From Raja brachyura (taxonomy: Eukaryota): a stretch of DNA of 64,000 nt. The stretch spans positions 20,088,001-20,152,000 of the forward strand of contig OY740810.1 of the NCBI GenBank assembly GCA_963514005.1. Reading direction: 5' to 3'. This document shows positions 50,539 to 63,259 of this stretch, piece by piece. Position 1 is the stretch's first letter. Every line of letters starts with the position of its first letter. The notes below the pieces were generated by a model, which was not told the DNA's origin, did no database searches, and was given only the letters and a program-made list of their open reading frames with translations. The position numbers and the translations under genes are program-made.

Positions 50539-53500
50539 TCTAATGGATACAATTTTTAAACAGAAAGTCGTGAATATCTTGAGCTCGATGCTAGAGGAGG
50601 TGGTGCAGGATATCTTGATAAGAATTGAGCAGAGGGGTATGGGCCTAATATGGGAAAATTAGATTAGCATTGATGGGACAGATTGCATGGACGAGTGGGC
50701 GACAAGGCCTGTTTCTGTGATATAAGATTCTTTGATTTTATGAATAATGAACTTCCTAGCTGCTGTATATATGTGGCTGCCCCTGTAAAGTTTCTTGCCA
50801 ATCATACCTCCATAGAATCAATATTGCCATGGAATGCCAAGCAAAAATAGTAAGACTTATTTTTGGTAACTAACGCTACCTTGGTGCAGAAATTATTTGT
50901 TATCTATCAGCCTGAGCCTTAGCGTTTTGCACGTCTTTGTGTGTATGTGAGCACAGGCAGTGTATTTCTCTGGGAGTCATGATTTATGATGACTCCAGAT
51001 CATTGAAGGTGCACTGAAATATCTGTAATTGTTTTGCTAGAATCTGCCACCGTTACACGACTTCCTTCTTGTCTTCCTCTGCCTCATACATTTCTTCCTG
51101 CTTTGCAGTTGTTCACAAAGGCTGAACCCACATAGTTGACAGGCTATGATAGATTCAGCAAATGACAAGAGGTTATGAGACTCTACAATATGCTACCATG
51201 TATGCTGTCAACCTACAGAATATTCCAGGTAAAATAACAATTGCTTTAAGCCACCAATGATCTACTCAAATGTGATCACAATTTCTGTGCACAGTGTATG
51301 TTGTGGAATAAAAGGCTAGTTGGATAGTGGGCCGCTCTTACTGTATCTCCAGGCAGCTGACCATTGGTCTGCTATGGAAGCTAGAAGATAGAGAACAAAG
51401 AAGAACAATGATGTAAAACTGCTCCTCAGGTGTTTGGCATTGATTATTAAGATGTATGTTCACAGTGCACTCGAGGACTGTTGCAATTAAGGAGCCCTTA
51501 AGATAACATGGGCACTGTCGACCATTGTGTTATTTTAACAGGACTTTGCACCAAATCACTTTAAGTAAAAAATAAACATTCACAATTAGGAATTTGTAAT
51601 TGAGATATCTGAGTTTTAATCCAGGTATTTTGAGAATTGGTGTAGTAATGAAGATATCACACCACCAGATGTCACCAATGAGACTCTTTATTTCAAACGC
51701 ACGTCCAACTGGTTCAATGGGACATTATTGTTGTATGTACCGAGGTACAGCGAGATTTTATTTTTTGCATACAGTTCAGCAAAAGTATAACATTTTACGG
51801 AACAGTAAACACCTGTTTTACTTACCAAAGCTAATACTGTATCTCAAGGTTTTCAGTTGTTGAAATTATTGCAGTTCCTTATGTCAAACTCCAAGATTAC
51901 TACTGATGGCAGAGCTGGCCAAATACCAAATGACTGTAATGTGTAGGGGCAATTCTAGACAGATGCTTTAAATTCAAGGTTCATCATTTCACAATAGACC
52001 AACCGGGAAGATTTGAAACTAATCTTGTATTTCTCTATGCTGATGAAAGAATAGAAACTTTACACCTGTAAATGGAACTGAAATATAGACAGGCAGAGGT
52101 CCAAATTCCATTTGAATAAACAATATAATTCAAATCAAATTGTAGCAAATACAGCCCAAATCTTTAAGAAACATGGAATTGTGTGAAATTTTCAGTTAAC
52201 GTGAGACAGTACCCCTTTTAAATTTAACCTGTTTCAAATTGTCAGCTGAAAGGAATGCAGTGTGAAAATGTCAGTGTGTGAGGTTAAGGAAATAATCCTG
52301 ACTAATTAAGTAATTTGAAAGAAAATGTTAAGATTTGTTTAAAGTTTATGGGAATCCTTCAGATTTTTGTGACAGAAGTTTGACAGTTATCCCCACTACA
52401 TAATAAACGGTTTCATGTATAATTGGTTTCCAGCTATTAATTTTCCTCAATTCATTTAAAAATGAAGTAAACAATAAAGAAATAATCAAATGAACAAGCT
52501 CTTCATCAAAAACCCACTTTTTTTCCCTTCAGATTGCTGATTGAACTGTCATGTTTCACATTTTATTTTACTAGTAATTATGAACAAGCATTTTCTTTAA
52601 TGTTGTCAGAAACTTGGATCCTTTCTCTGAAATTCTTCTCATCATTGTAAAAGTAGATATTTTTACACACGTTACATAATCTGTGCATTAGCATGAAGAT
52701 TAATATTTACTCTACATCATTGAAAAGGTGGGCCATCGTCTTGAATTGTTGCAGTCCTACTGGGTAAGGTTCAATTGCTGTTCAATTGAGATTTATAGCC
52801 AATCATAGTGAACTGTGGATTTGTGAACAATCTTGTCCTAGATGCAGAGATTTATCAGGTAGAGTTGGAGAAGCTTTAGTGATCTGTGCAGAGCAGTTTG
52901 TCAAAAGTCCATGCTGCAGTAATGCTAGTGGAGTGGCTGAATATTGCAGTGAAAAGAAAAGTATTATACCTGGAATGTGTGGTTGTGCTTTATACTCTAA
53001 TTATTTATTACAGATGTTCTCGAATAGTTTAAGCAGTATTTTAATTCTGAAAACTGTTCTCACGCATGTGTTGTAACCAGCCCCATCACTCTCCAAACCT
53101 CCAATCCTGGCTCCACCAGCTCCTATGAAACCTTCAAAATTGCTGATTGACCAAAATCACAAAGGTGTTAGCAGAACCTCTCTGATTTGCTATGGCATTG
53201 CAGACTGAGGACCAAGTACTTGTAACTAGTGACCGCACAGGTAGGTAAGGTGTAGCATGCATGCCGCATACTTGTCTTCATTAGCTGGGTTTATTAGGAA
53301 GGTTCCGGTGGCTTAATTAGGAATGTTCCGGTGGTGCTCCGAGTTGACTGCCTCGCCTGCAGCGGGTTTGTGTTTTGACTGTTTTTGTTCTTTTTAGTAT
53401 GTCCAAAAGTATGTTTAGTGTTTCTCTGTTTGTCTTGTGTGGGGTGGTGGTGGAGGGGAATAGGGGGAAACCATTTTCAGGCACCTACCTCGACTGAGAT

Positions 53501-56164
53501 GCGACTTTCTTCCTTGTCACATTTTCGCCCTCCTCCTCGCGGCTTTACAGCTGGTTTGCCGTGGCCTTGCCCTTGCCCGGAGTCAGGCCCAGAGCTTCAG
53601 CGCCGTCGTAGCGGGGACTTTAACATCATGGAGCGGGGCAACCTCTTGCCCGGGAGTCGCCGGAGAAGCGCACCGAAAGCTGGCCTGCGGCCTACAACAT
53701 CTTGGAGCCTCGGTCTGCGGAGCCTCTGGTGGCAGGCGTGGAGCGGACGATCCCTCGCCAGAGGTCGCCAGTGAAGAGCCTGAGGTCTACAACATCTGGA
53801 AGCCACGGTCTCCAGTAAGGAAGTTGTGGACTGGGAGCTGCGGGCCGCGGGGTGTGCTTGACCATCCCAACCAGAGGACATGAACATCGGGCCGTCCGTA
53901 GTGGCGACTACTGAGGGCCAGGGTGAACAAGGGAGGAGGAGGAGGACTGTCTGAACTATATTACCTTCCACCACAGTGAAGCATGCTGTGCTGGATGTTT
54001 GTGTTGAATTGTGTTGTGTATTATGTCCTTTATTAATTGTTATGCTGCATGGTAAATACATTTCACTGCACCTTATGGTGCATGTGATAAATACATTTGA
54101 ACTTGAACTTGGGACAAGGCACATAAAAGCAGGGAGATTATGGTTCAGCTTTATAAAACATTGGTTAAGTTGGCTGAAGTACTGCGTACAGTTCTGGACA
54201 CCACACTATAGGAAGGATGTGATTGCACTGAGAGGATGCAGATGAGACTCAGGGGAGAACTGGTGGAGGTATGAGGAGCATAAATAGGGCATAGAGTTGG
54301 TAACCAGCCACAATCAAGGGGTCTACCACTAGAGGGAACCGGTTTTAGATCAGGAGTAAAATGTTTAGAGGAGATCCAGGAAAGACTATTCACTCGGGGA
54401 AACTGGAACACAATGCCCGAGGAAGTGTTGGAGGTGGAGACTCTCAAAAACATTTAAAACACTTGAATTGCCAAGACATAGAAAGTACGAATAAAGTGTA
54501 AGTAGAATTAGTATACATGGGTATGATAGTCAGGGCGGAAATTATGCACCGATGATGCCCCTGTTTCAGTGTTCTATGATAATTCTTAGGCCATATTAGA
54601 TTGTGCAAACAACTACAAATCAGAAGTTTAATATCAATAAAAGTTGAGAAGAACACTGAAGGTAGACAAAAGTGCTGGGGAAACTCAGCGGGTGTAGCAG
54701 CATCTAAGGAGCGAAGGAAATAGGCAACGTTTTGTGCCGAAACCGTTCTTCAGAAGAACACTATAAGCCATTTCATTTCCTCACATGGATCTTGTGTTTT
54801 CGCCATCAGCATTTGCCATGTTCTGTTTTTTTTTAGTTTTGATACTTTGTGTGCCTGGAGCTTGGAGTTCATCCCCAAATGTGTCAAGGAAGACTAATGA
54901 TATATCCACATATTTTAGTTCCAGATTGTCCAGTGAGGAAATTACCTTCTCGGTTTGTGTTGGTGAATGGGAATATAGTATAGATGAGTACCTGATGGTG
55001 GGCCTGTTTCCATGCTCCATCACAGTGAAGAAATTTGCAAGTTAGATGAAAGATCTAATTTTTCTTCTAATTTTACACAATACCCTGTTTGCATTTAAAC
55101 CATTCACTCCCAAACTGGGTTTAAGGCGAGAGGTGGAAAGTTTAAAGGGGATGTGCACAAAATATTTTTTTGACAAATTTAGAGTGGTGGGTGTTTGGAA
55201 TGCAGGGGAGGTAGTAGATGCAGATACACTAGGAATGTTTAAAAAGCATTTAAACACATGAATAGAAAGGTATAGATGAATTCAGGCCATGTGCAGGCAT
55301 GTTAAATTGGCATCCTGGTCAGCATAGACATGGTGGGCCGAAGTACCTGTTCATCTGCTGTACTCTTCTATGCAGAAACGGTGCACTGCAGATGATGGTT
55401 TACAGAAAAAGACATGGACCCCCGCGACCCCCTGCCAAAGGATGCGACGCCCGGCACAAAGGGGGACCTGGCTTGGGGGAACTGCTATGAGGGGGAGGCG
55501 GGGGAAAAGACAAAGGAGGACTGGCAGTGGGGGAAGGGGGGGATCAAATGAGTTTGTAGGAAAGAACTGCAGATGCTGGTTTAAATCGAAGGCAGGCACA
55601 ACATGCTGGAGTATCTCAGCGGGACAGGCAGCATCTATGGAGAGAAGGAATGGGTGATGTTTTAGGTCAAGGCCCTTCTTCTCAGTTCTGAAGAAGGGTC
55701 TCGACTCGAAATGTCAGCCATTCCTTCTCTCCAGAGATGCTGCCTGTCCTGCTGAGTTACTCCAGTATTTTGTGTCTAACAAAAGAGGACCTGGCGTGGG
55801 ATACTTTGCGACTTAGTCGGTGCCATTTAACTGGCGACTCTTTGCAAAGACTTTCACTGTGACAATAAAGTATTCTTTAATTGATTTGAGTAATTGAGTA
55901 ACCCTGGAGGACCTGGATAGTAACATTTGGGGCCGGGACCCTTCTTCAGACTGCAGGAAACTTCAGACTTCTCAAGGACCTCAACGAACATCATTAAAAG
56001 ATAATACATAATTGCCAGCAAGTAAAATTCACTTGGCTGTGCAAGTCATTGTACAGATCCCTCGCAGCCAAACTCCCATCTATACCAGTTCAATCCTCTA
56101 CCATCTGTCTTCCATGCACGTCTTATTCTATCCACGCTCTGGACTCTTTCTTCCCCGATCTCAC

Positions 56165-57380
56165 AGAACTGACTATATTGGCCCAATGCTCATGTATCAG
56201 AAAAAGAGATATGCACTGACTCCTGTGGACACCTACTCTGGGGTCCTAATGGCTGTCCCTGCCAGTGAGGCTGATCAGGACCAGACGTTGCGTGGCCTGC
56301 AACAGCCAATGGCCGTGTATGGCACCCCATGGGCAGCCAATAATAGGGTTAAGTGGACCCTCCACATCCCATATTACCCACAAGTAGCAGGGCTGCTGGA
56401 GCATATGAATGGTCTACTACAAGAGCAGAAATGCACACTAACTCCCTCCCACACGCTCCAGGGGTGGGCCCTTATGTTACAGCAAACAGTCAACTTGAAC
56501 CAATGACCTGTGGCAGGGAGGGCACACATGAACCGACATTTGGCTGTTGAGGTAGAAACAGATGACACCACACCAACGAAGGAACATCAGGAAGACGCCC
56601 GGATGGTGTGGGTTTCATAGAAACATAGGAAATAGGTGCAGGAGGAGGCCAATCAGCTCTTCGAGCCAGCACAGCCAATCATTGTGATCTTGGCTGATCG
56701 TCCCCAATCAATAACCCGTGCCTGCCTTCTCACCATATCCCTTGATACCACTAGCCCCTAGAGCTCTATCTAACTCTCTCTTAAATCCATCCAGTGATTT
56801 GGCCTCCACTGCCCTTTGTGGCAGGGAATTCCACAAATTCACAACTCTGGGTGAAAAGGTTTTTTCTCACCTCAGTCTTAAATGGCCTCCCCTTTATTTT
56901 AAGACCCTGGCCCCTGGTTCTGGACTCACCCAACATTGGGAACATTTTTCCTGCATCCAGCTTGTTCAGTCCTTTTATAATTTTAATGTTTCTATAAGAT
57001 CCCCCTCATCCTTCTAAACTCCAATGAATACAAGCCTAGTCTTTTCAATCTTCTCTCCTATGACAGTCCCGCCATCCCAGGGATCAATCTCGTGAACCTA
57101 CGCTGCACTGCCTCACTCACAAGGATGTCCTTCCTTCCTTCGCAATACGCGGTGGCTTATGGTGACCGGGGAGGATAAACCTATATGTCTACCCTTACAG
57201 CGCTTAACCAGGCGAGAATGAGCCTGCTCTGCCCTCTCTTTACAGAACAACCGCAAGACGCAGCATGTATAGCGGACGATGGCGTGGGCTGATACTTCTG
57301 GCAGTGCTGGCTGCTGCACCGCCTGTATGCACGGAATCAAACACCTATCACTCGTTCCTGCACGTGTACCTACATAAACT
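56165..57380 (+). mobile_element. Class III (ERV-L/ERV-S-like) retroviral integrase remnant with a probable env start, split by a CR1 (about 56617-57135, minus strand)
   Basis: DYIGP..RYALT.VDTYSG..YGTP..WA..W..HIPYYPQVAGLLEHMNGLL. After the CR1 come an acceptor CTCTCTTTACAG and a signal-peptide-like ORF MYSGRWRGLILLAVLAAAPP. Confidence 0.7.
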
Positions 57381-60137
57381 GAGTGGGAACACTTTTTATG
57401 ATGGGTATATGCACATTCTTAGCGATAGAGTTATACTGAACTTTGATTATTATTGGTTGTATACTCATTAACATGTAGTTAATGGCCGCTAATGTAGGCT
57501 GATGATTCCAAAGGGTGGAGTGTAGTGTAAGGGTTGAACAGACAGTTTCAGTTAAAATGTAAAATTGTGTTATCAACTAAATTAGCATCACTGCATTTCA
57601 AGCCCGTTGAAAACAAGATTCAAACACTGTTTTCCAGACGTGGGAGATATTTTCTGCACCTGTTCATGCCTGAGAAAGTCCAACTCTTATTACACAAGTC
57701 TGACTCTTCTCACACCAGCGTAGCTTTTCTCAGGCCATTCTATGGGAAAGCGTAGCGTTGGTGAACAAAACACAACAGCAATACTGGGGTAGACCACCCT
57801 CGCCTGCTGTTCTAGTAGTGCAGAAACATTGCAGACAGAGGGGGTTTATGATTGGCTCGGGTAGGGGGCAGTGGCAGGGTATGCTCTGATAAGAAATGCC
57901 ATAAAGGATGGTGTCAGGTGCCCTTTCAGACGAGCGTGCCCCAGCCTTGGACTGTGTCACGAACGGTGCCAGGGGATCAACAACAGAAACATCCTGCGGT
58001 GTGCTCTGCTGTGTACTTGGGGTTTGCGAGTGTACACGGGGATACGTGATTGTATGTGCCTTATTTGGCAGTGTAGTCAATTACTGATTGAATCAAACTC
58101 TGTTGCCTGAATCCAGTGATTTATCAAACACAATGGCATCATAGTGAGAACTGAAGGTCAGCCAAGTTAAACATAATGAGACTTTCAGCTGAGAGGCCGA
58201 TCGCCAAGTAATAAAGTCAAGAACAAAGATTCATTTTTATTTCCCAAGATTTCCCGGGAACTAATTCAGAAATAAGTAGATTGCAAAAGAAAAATCTTTA
58301 AAAAAAGAATTCAACTTGCATGCAACACTATTGCGAAGTCGCGAAATCAACTTGTGTGACTGTATGATTGCTGCTTATGCTGAACCAAGATGCCATTTAT
58401 GGGGTGGAAGATTGCAACCTTCACGTGGTCCGCCCTGTTTCGACTAATGCAATCAACTCGACGTGCACAAGCGGAAGGTCAAATAGAACAAGTTGTCCAA
58501 CACCTTTAGGCTGTGCACGCCACATGAAAGAAGAAGATGCCATTTATCATGTGTGAGTTTAAACAGTAAGCATCTAACCATAGTGGGAAGAGCAACAGAG
58601 GGGCAGCCTCACACCAACTCTTTCAATCTTTCCTGATGGACACAGAGTGACAGTCAAGAGCAGGGCCTGATTTTATCCATCAGATGAAGCAGACTTTGGC
58701 AATCCTGCCAAAAGCTCACCATTGGAGAATCAGAGATTTATCTGTGCTTTAAACCATGCCCTAGTATAGAGCACAGACCTGGAATGGTCTAACATTGAAT
58801 GAACTGAGTCATATAAACTTTAGGTAAAAAAGTATACTCGGGGCTGCCAACATTGGGTGGGAGTTGGGAGTGAGAAATTGCGAGAGACCAAGCCCGATGG
58901 AACGTAGCGACCGGGGGGGAGGAGGGTGGTGTGTCCCCTCCCAATGGTACGGAGCTTTTGCATTTTTCAGCTTGAAATTGTGCAATATGGTGCATACTGT
59001 AGCGAGTCTTTTAAGTTGTACTTGAATGCAATATATATGCTTTAAATTGGATTAGCTATGAATAAGGTTAAACTAAATTACATTCTTAATTACATTCCAC
59101 AGTAGAGCACAGGCTCTGATCAACACTGCAGCACATGACTGATCTTAGTATATTCATTTAAGGAAATCAGATTATAATCATACACAGCCCATGTTGACCA
59201 ACCTGGGTCTCACTGCACACCTGGTGCTACTCCTGACCCTGACTCCAGTTGCATACCTTCTCTCATTCCTGACCCTGTGTCCAGCCTTACACCTGTCCCC
59301 CCCAATTCTACCCTGATCATAGCTGCTTACCTGCTTAGGTTCCCAGTGCTGAACACTCCCCTGGTCCCAGCTTTGACTGCACACCTAGTAATATTCCAGA
59401 CCTTGATTCTGGATGCACACTTGGCGTTGCTCCTAGACCCTGTGCACTGACAATATATCTGGCCCTCACACAAAGCCCCATATCTGACCCCCTGGACTTA
59501 ACCTATTACGTTCAAGTCCACAGGTTCTTATCTAATGCAGTAATCTTTTATGGGGCACTTCACAGACCAAATTATCTATAACAAAATTTGCTACATCCAT
59601 TGGCTTCCTTGTTATCTGACATGCTAGTTACTTTGTCAAAGAAGTCATCAATTGGTGGAACACGATTTATCATCCATAAAATTATACTCACTCAGCTGTA
59701 TAAGTATTCTGTTACAATTTCTTTCATTTTCCTAACAAACTGTCCTGAAGTTATTTTCATCCCCAATACTTTCAGTATTTTGCTGTCTTCCTCTCAACTG
59801 GGACTTTTCCAAAATGCAAAGTCCAATAACTATATATTTCAGCAATATTATTCTATTAAATGTGATCTTGAGAGAACATAATATTTTTTGTGGTATTCAT
59901 AACGCAACAATGATAAAAAGATCTTTGTTTTGATTGCACCTACCAACATGCATACATTATTATTTTACAGTTAATATGTACCGAGGGCAAATGTTTGTTC
60001 CAATGCTCCCCATTCCCAATTACTTTTACATTGAAGTGATTGAAATCCAAGTGAAGTTTAAATGGCATCATTAAAGTCATACCTCCGGAATGGATGATAT
60101 TCATCATGTGGTTGGTTGGGGTCAGTATCAGTACAAT

Positions 60138-60202
60138 TACTATATTAAACTTTGAATCTCCTGTTTCAAATACTATATTAAACTTTGAATCTCCTGTTTC
60201 AA
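60138..60202 (+). repeat. 33-bp tandem duplication
   Basis: TACTATATTAAACTTTGAATCTCCTGTTTCAA occurs twice. Confidence 0.9.
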
Positions 60203-60925
60203 GCTAAAACTAAAGACAAATAATAATCTCCTCACACATTCCCCTGCAAGTATCTCTGTCACTCCTTTAAAATATTCCCCTTCTTTGAACAAGCTCTTAA
60301 ATAACACATCTAAATCAGTTTCCATCTGATTACACTCCTTGAGGATGTTCATCTATGTGTTCAATTAATAAAACAACGAGATTGGGAACATTTCTATTCA
60401 ACCTGTCAAAGGAATTTGGGGGGGGGGGGAGTTTAGAAATAGTGAGGTAAACAAACATAATAGTTGAGTGGCAAATGACAATAGTGCTACCCTCCCAATA
60501 TTTATCTGAAGGAAATAATGGGTTATCTTGGCAACGCTTCCGACCCCTCAGACGGCCCCGGACTCTTGCGGAGCTGCAGCAAGCGACTCGCCAGCCCCGC
60601 AAACACTTGCAGCCCCGCTCCCGGCATCTGTCCCCACCCGCTGCTTCCATCCCACCGTCAGCCCCGGTTCTCCAACACCCGCGACCCATGCAGTTTATGA
60701 GTTTTGAAATTTTCGTTGATCACAGAATTTCTCACACAGAGTGTGAGAAATTTGTGATCAGCATGAGGGCGTGTGAATTGTCGAAATGCGTTATGCTCAC
60801 GCTCAAAGCGTGAGTAGCAGCCCTGGTATACTTCCACTTTCTGTATGCCATTTATCTCAAATAAAGAAAATCTATACTTCTGCATGTTATTCGCAGATAA
60901 TGTCTTTATCAGAATCTGTTATTTA

Positions 60926-61170
60926 AGAAAATAGACAATAGGTGCAGGAGTTGGCCATTCGGCCCTTCAAGCCAGCACCGCCATTCAATGTAATCATGGC
61001 TGATCATCCCCAATCAGTACCCTGTTCCTGCCTTCTCCCCATATCCCCTGATTCCGCTATCTTTAAGAGCCCTATCTAGCTCTCTTTTGAGAGTATCCAG
61101 AGAACCGGCCTCCACCTCCATTTGAGGCAGGGAATTCCAGACTCACAACTCTCTGTGAGAAAAAGTGTTT
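60926..61170 (-). mobile_element. CR1 3' end in the TICAM1 3' UTR
   Basis: FFSQRVVSL CR1 terminus and 3' UTR, starting about 10 bp after the TICAM1 stop. Confidence 0.85.
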
Positions 61171-61177
61171 AAAACAG

Positions 61178-63259
61178 TTAAATATGTCTATGTTTCACAC
61201 TCTCTTCTTCCTCCTCCTCCTCCTCGTCATCATCTGTGCTTTCACTGTTCTCGATGCATTCTGTAATTGTCATCTGGTTGGAGTCCCCTATCTGGACATT
61301 TTTGGCATGGTGAATCTGAATTATGTTCGTACCTTGCCCATGCTGTGGCAAGGGATTGTTGACTGCTATATTCTGACCTCCTGGGCCACTGCTGGGGTTG
61401 GTGAACGGAAACAGTGATGGTGTGAGTATGTTGCTGTACGGTTGGTTCAGTGACACTGGTGGCATGGGTAGCGTAGAAGATCCAGGGTACAGAGGTGGAT
61501 GCAACATGGGCTGACCCTGGACATTGCCTGGATTGGACACAGATGTTGGCTGGAAGATCGGAAACTGTTTGTTCATCTCAACTAGTTGATTATAAAGATC
61601 CATACGCTTCTTTTCGATTGATATTGTTTCCCGGGTATCCCGAAGGGCCTTTTTAATCTGATTTGTATTTGAATGAATCTGCTTTTGTCTTTGCTGATGA
61701 AGCCAACCTCTTTTGTGCTCCTCAAGTACCCTGTTTTTAAAAATATTTTTCACATGCTTTTCAAAGTGCCTGGAATTCTCATTCAAACTTACGATCGCAC
61801 GAAGTGCAAAAGGAATCCTATCTGTTCGTAATGAGTTCTTCTTCGGTAACAGTGGCACCACTGTATTGTACTTATGTTCATTATGGATCGAATGCATAAG
61901 AGTAACATTTGCTTCATAGTCAGCCCATCTTGTGTTGAAATTGTTTGTGAGAAGGAGGATTGTGAAAGCAGAGTTGTTGATTGCATCTTCAATGCATTTT
62001 ATTGGGGACCTTCCCGGAACAGCGAGGTGGTCAATTGTGGTGCCTTTTACCCCCAAAGATTCCAGTTTATCCTGCACCTCTTCTGCGATTTCAATATCCT
62101 CTGGGACATGTAACACAACAAAAGAGTAAAATATGTCCTCAGAGCTCTCCGTTACCTCAGGAGGCTCTCCTAAAGAGCTGGATTTAGCCAAAAGGCTTTC
62201 AGATGAATTGGACTGATTGCTTGCCTTTAGTTTGCTTGTTTCCTGAGGATCATATGAAATTGAATTGGGTTTTTCTCCATTCCCTGTGCTCTGTTCCTGT
62301 GACATTTTTGACTTTGAAGTGACTATCTGATCACTGCTTGTTTTTCCAGTGCATTCGCTTGGCCCCACATCATTCACGTTGTCTCCTGATGAAAGTTGGG
62401 CTGAACAAAGTGAGTTACCACTTCCCAAGCAATTGTCAGAAGATGGATTACCATTATTTGAGCCAACAGTATTAAAATTGGCAGAATTAATTGTACAATC
62501 GTCAGGGTTTGACAATTCTAAATCATCTGGGCTGAGATTGGTAGTAAATGATGCAGTTGGAGACGCACTGATTTCAAAATGGGTGGGCGGTGTCATTTCT
62601 GACGTACAAGGTGGGTTAATGGCTATTTGACTCAAATTAGTCATCGGATTAGTTCTAAATGCCATAGTTGTTAACCTGCCCTGGACTGGCTCTTCCATTG
62701 ACTTCAGAGCTGATATTTCTGCATTTCCATCTTCACTGTCAAAATCCAGTAAGCCAAATTTCATCCTAAATTTTTCAACAACCTCCCGAAGTTCCATGTT
62801 GTCGTCTTGTTTGTTGGACTTGATCGCTTTGATAGCAGCTCGACACGCTCGATCCCGTATGGAGGGACTGCATAGATTTTCCTCCACAAGCACTCCAAAT
62901 ATCAAAGCCAAGTCTGTAAGCAAACTTCCGTCTTCGACAGAAAGGTCTTTGTTTGAATTTTCGGGTGGTCTCTTCTCCATGCCTGCAGCATCAACTAAAC
63001 CCTGAACTCTGTTGTAAATGTACAAAGCAGATTTGTTTGTGGATCTCTCCTTTAGCACAGAACTTGCTACTCTCTCAGCCTCTTTATCCTTTTTCAGGAA
63101 AAATGATACAATGCTATAAAGGTGGCGGTGTGACATGGGAGCTTTTGTGTTGTCAGGATTAAATTTGTACCACAAGCTGAACAGCCTTTCTTCTGGAACT
63201 CCGGACAAAATGTCAAATACATCGTCAAGGGATGGGGGAAGATCACAATCCTCTGCCAT
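61178..63259 (-). CDS. TICAM1: TIR domain-containing adapter molecule 1 (TRIF)-like, 693 aa, single coding exon
   Basis: N-terminal PSLDDVFDIL helical domain, pLxIS-like HFEISASPT, TIR (FYSFVVLH..VPGR..DAINNSAFTILLLT) and C-terminal RHIM (IHHAKNVQIG). Likely acceptor TTTTTTTCCAG near 63495. Confidence 0.92.
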   Translation of the reverse strand: MAEDCDLPPSLDDVFDILSGVPEERLFSLWYKFNPDNTKAPMSHRHLYSIVSFFLKKDKEAERVASSVLKERSTNKSALYIYNRVQGLVDAAGMEKRPPENSNKDLSVEDGSLLTDLALIFGVLVEENLCSPSIRDRACRAAIKAIKSNKQDDNMELREVVEKFRMKFGLLDFDSEDGNAEISALKSMEEPVQGRLTTMAFRTNPMTNLSQIAINPPCTSEMTPPTHFEISASPTASFTTNLSPDDLELSNPDDCTINSANFNTVGSNNGNPSSDNCLGSGNSLCSAQLSSGDNVNDVGPSECTGKTSSDQIVTSKSKMSQEQSTGNGEKPNSISYDPQETSKLKASNQSNSSESLLAKSSSLGEPPEVTESSEDIFYSFVVLHVPEDIEIAEEVQDKLESLGVKGTTIDHLAVPGRSPIKCIEDAINNSAFTILLLTNNFNTRWADYEANVTLMHSIHNEHKYNTVVPLLPKKNSLRTDRIPFALRAIVSLNENSRHFEKHVKNIFKNRVLEEHKRGWLHQQRQKQIHSNTNQIKKALRDTRETISIEKKRMDLYNQLVEMNKQFPIFQPTSVSNPGNVQGQPMLHPPLYPGSSTLPMPPVSLNQPYSNILTPSLFPFTNPSSGPGGQNIAVNNPLPQHGQGTNIIQIHHAKNVQIGDSNQMTITECIENSESTDDDEEEEEEEESVKHRHI

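Noticed and set aside
51109-51228. Exon-like segment with a strong acceptor and donor
   Set aside because: Stops in all three frames and no partner exons identified.
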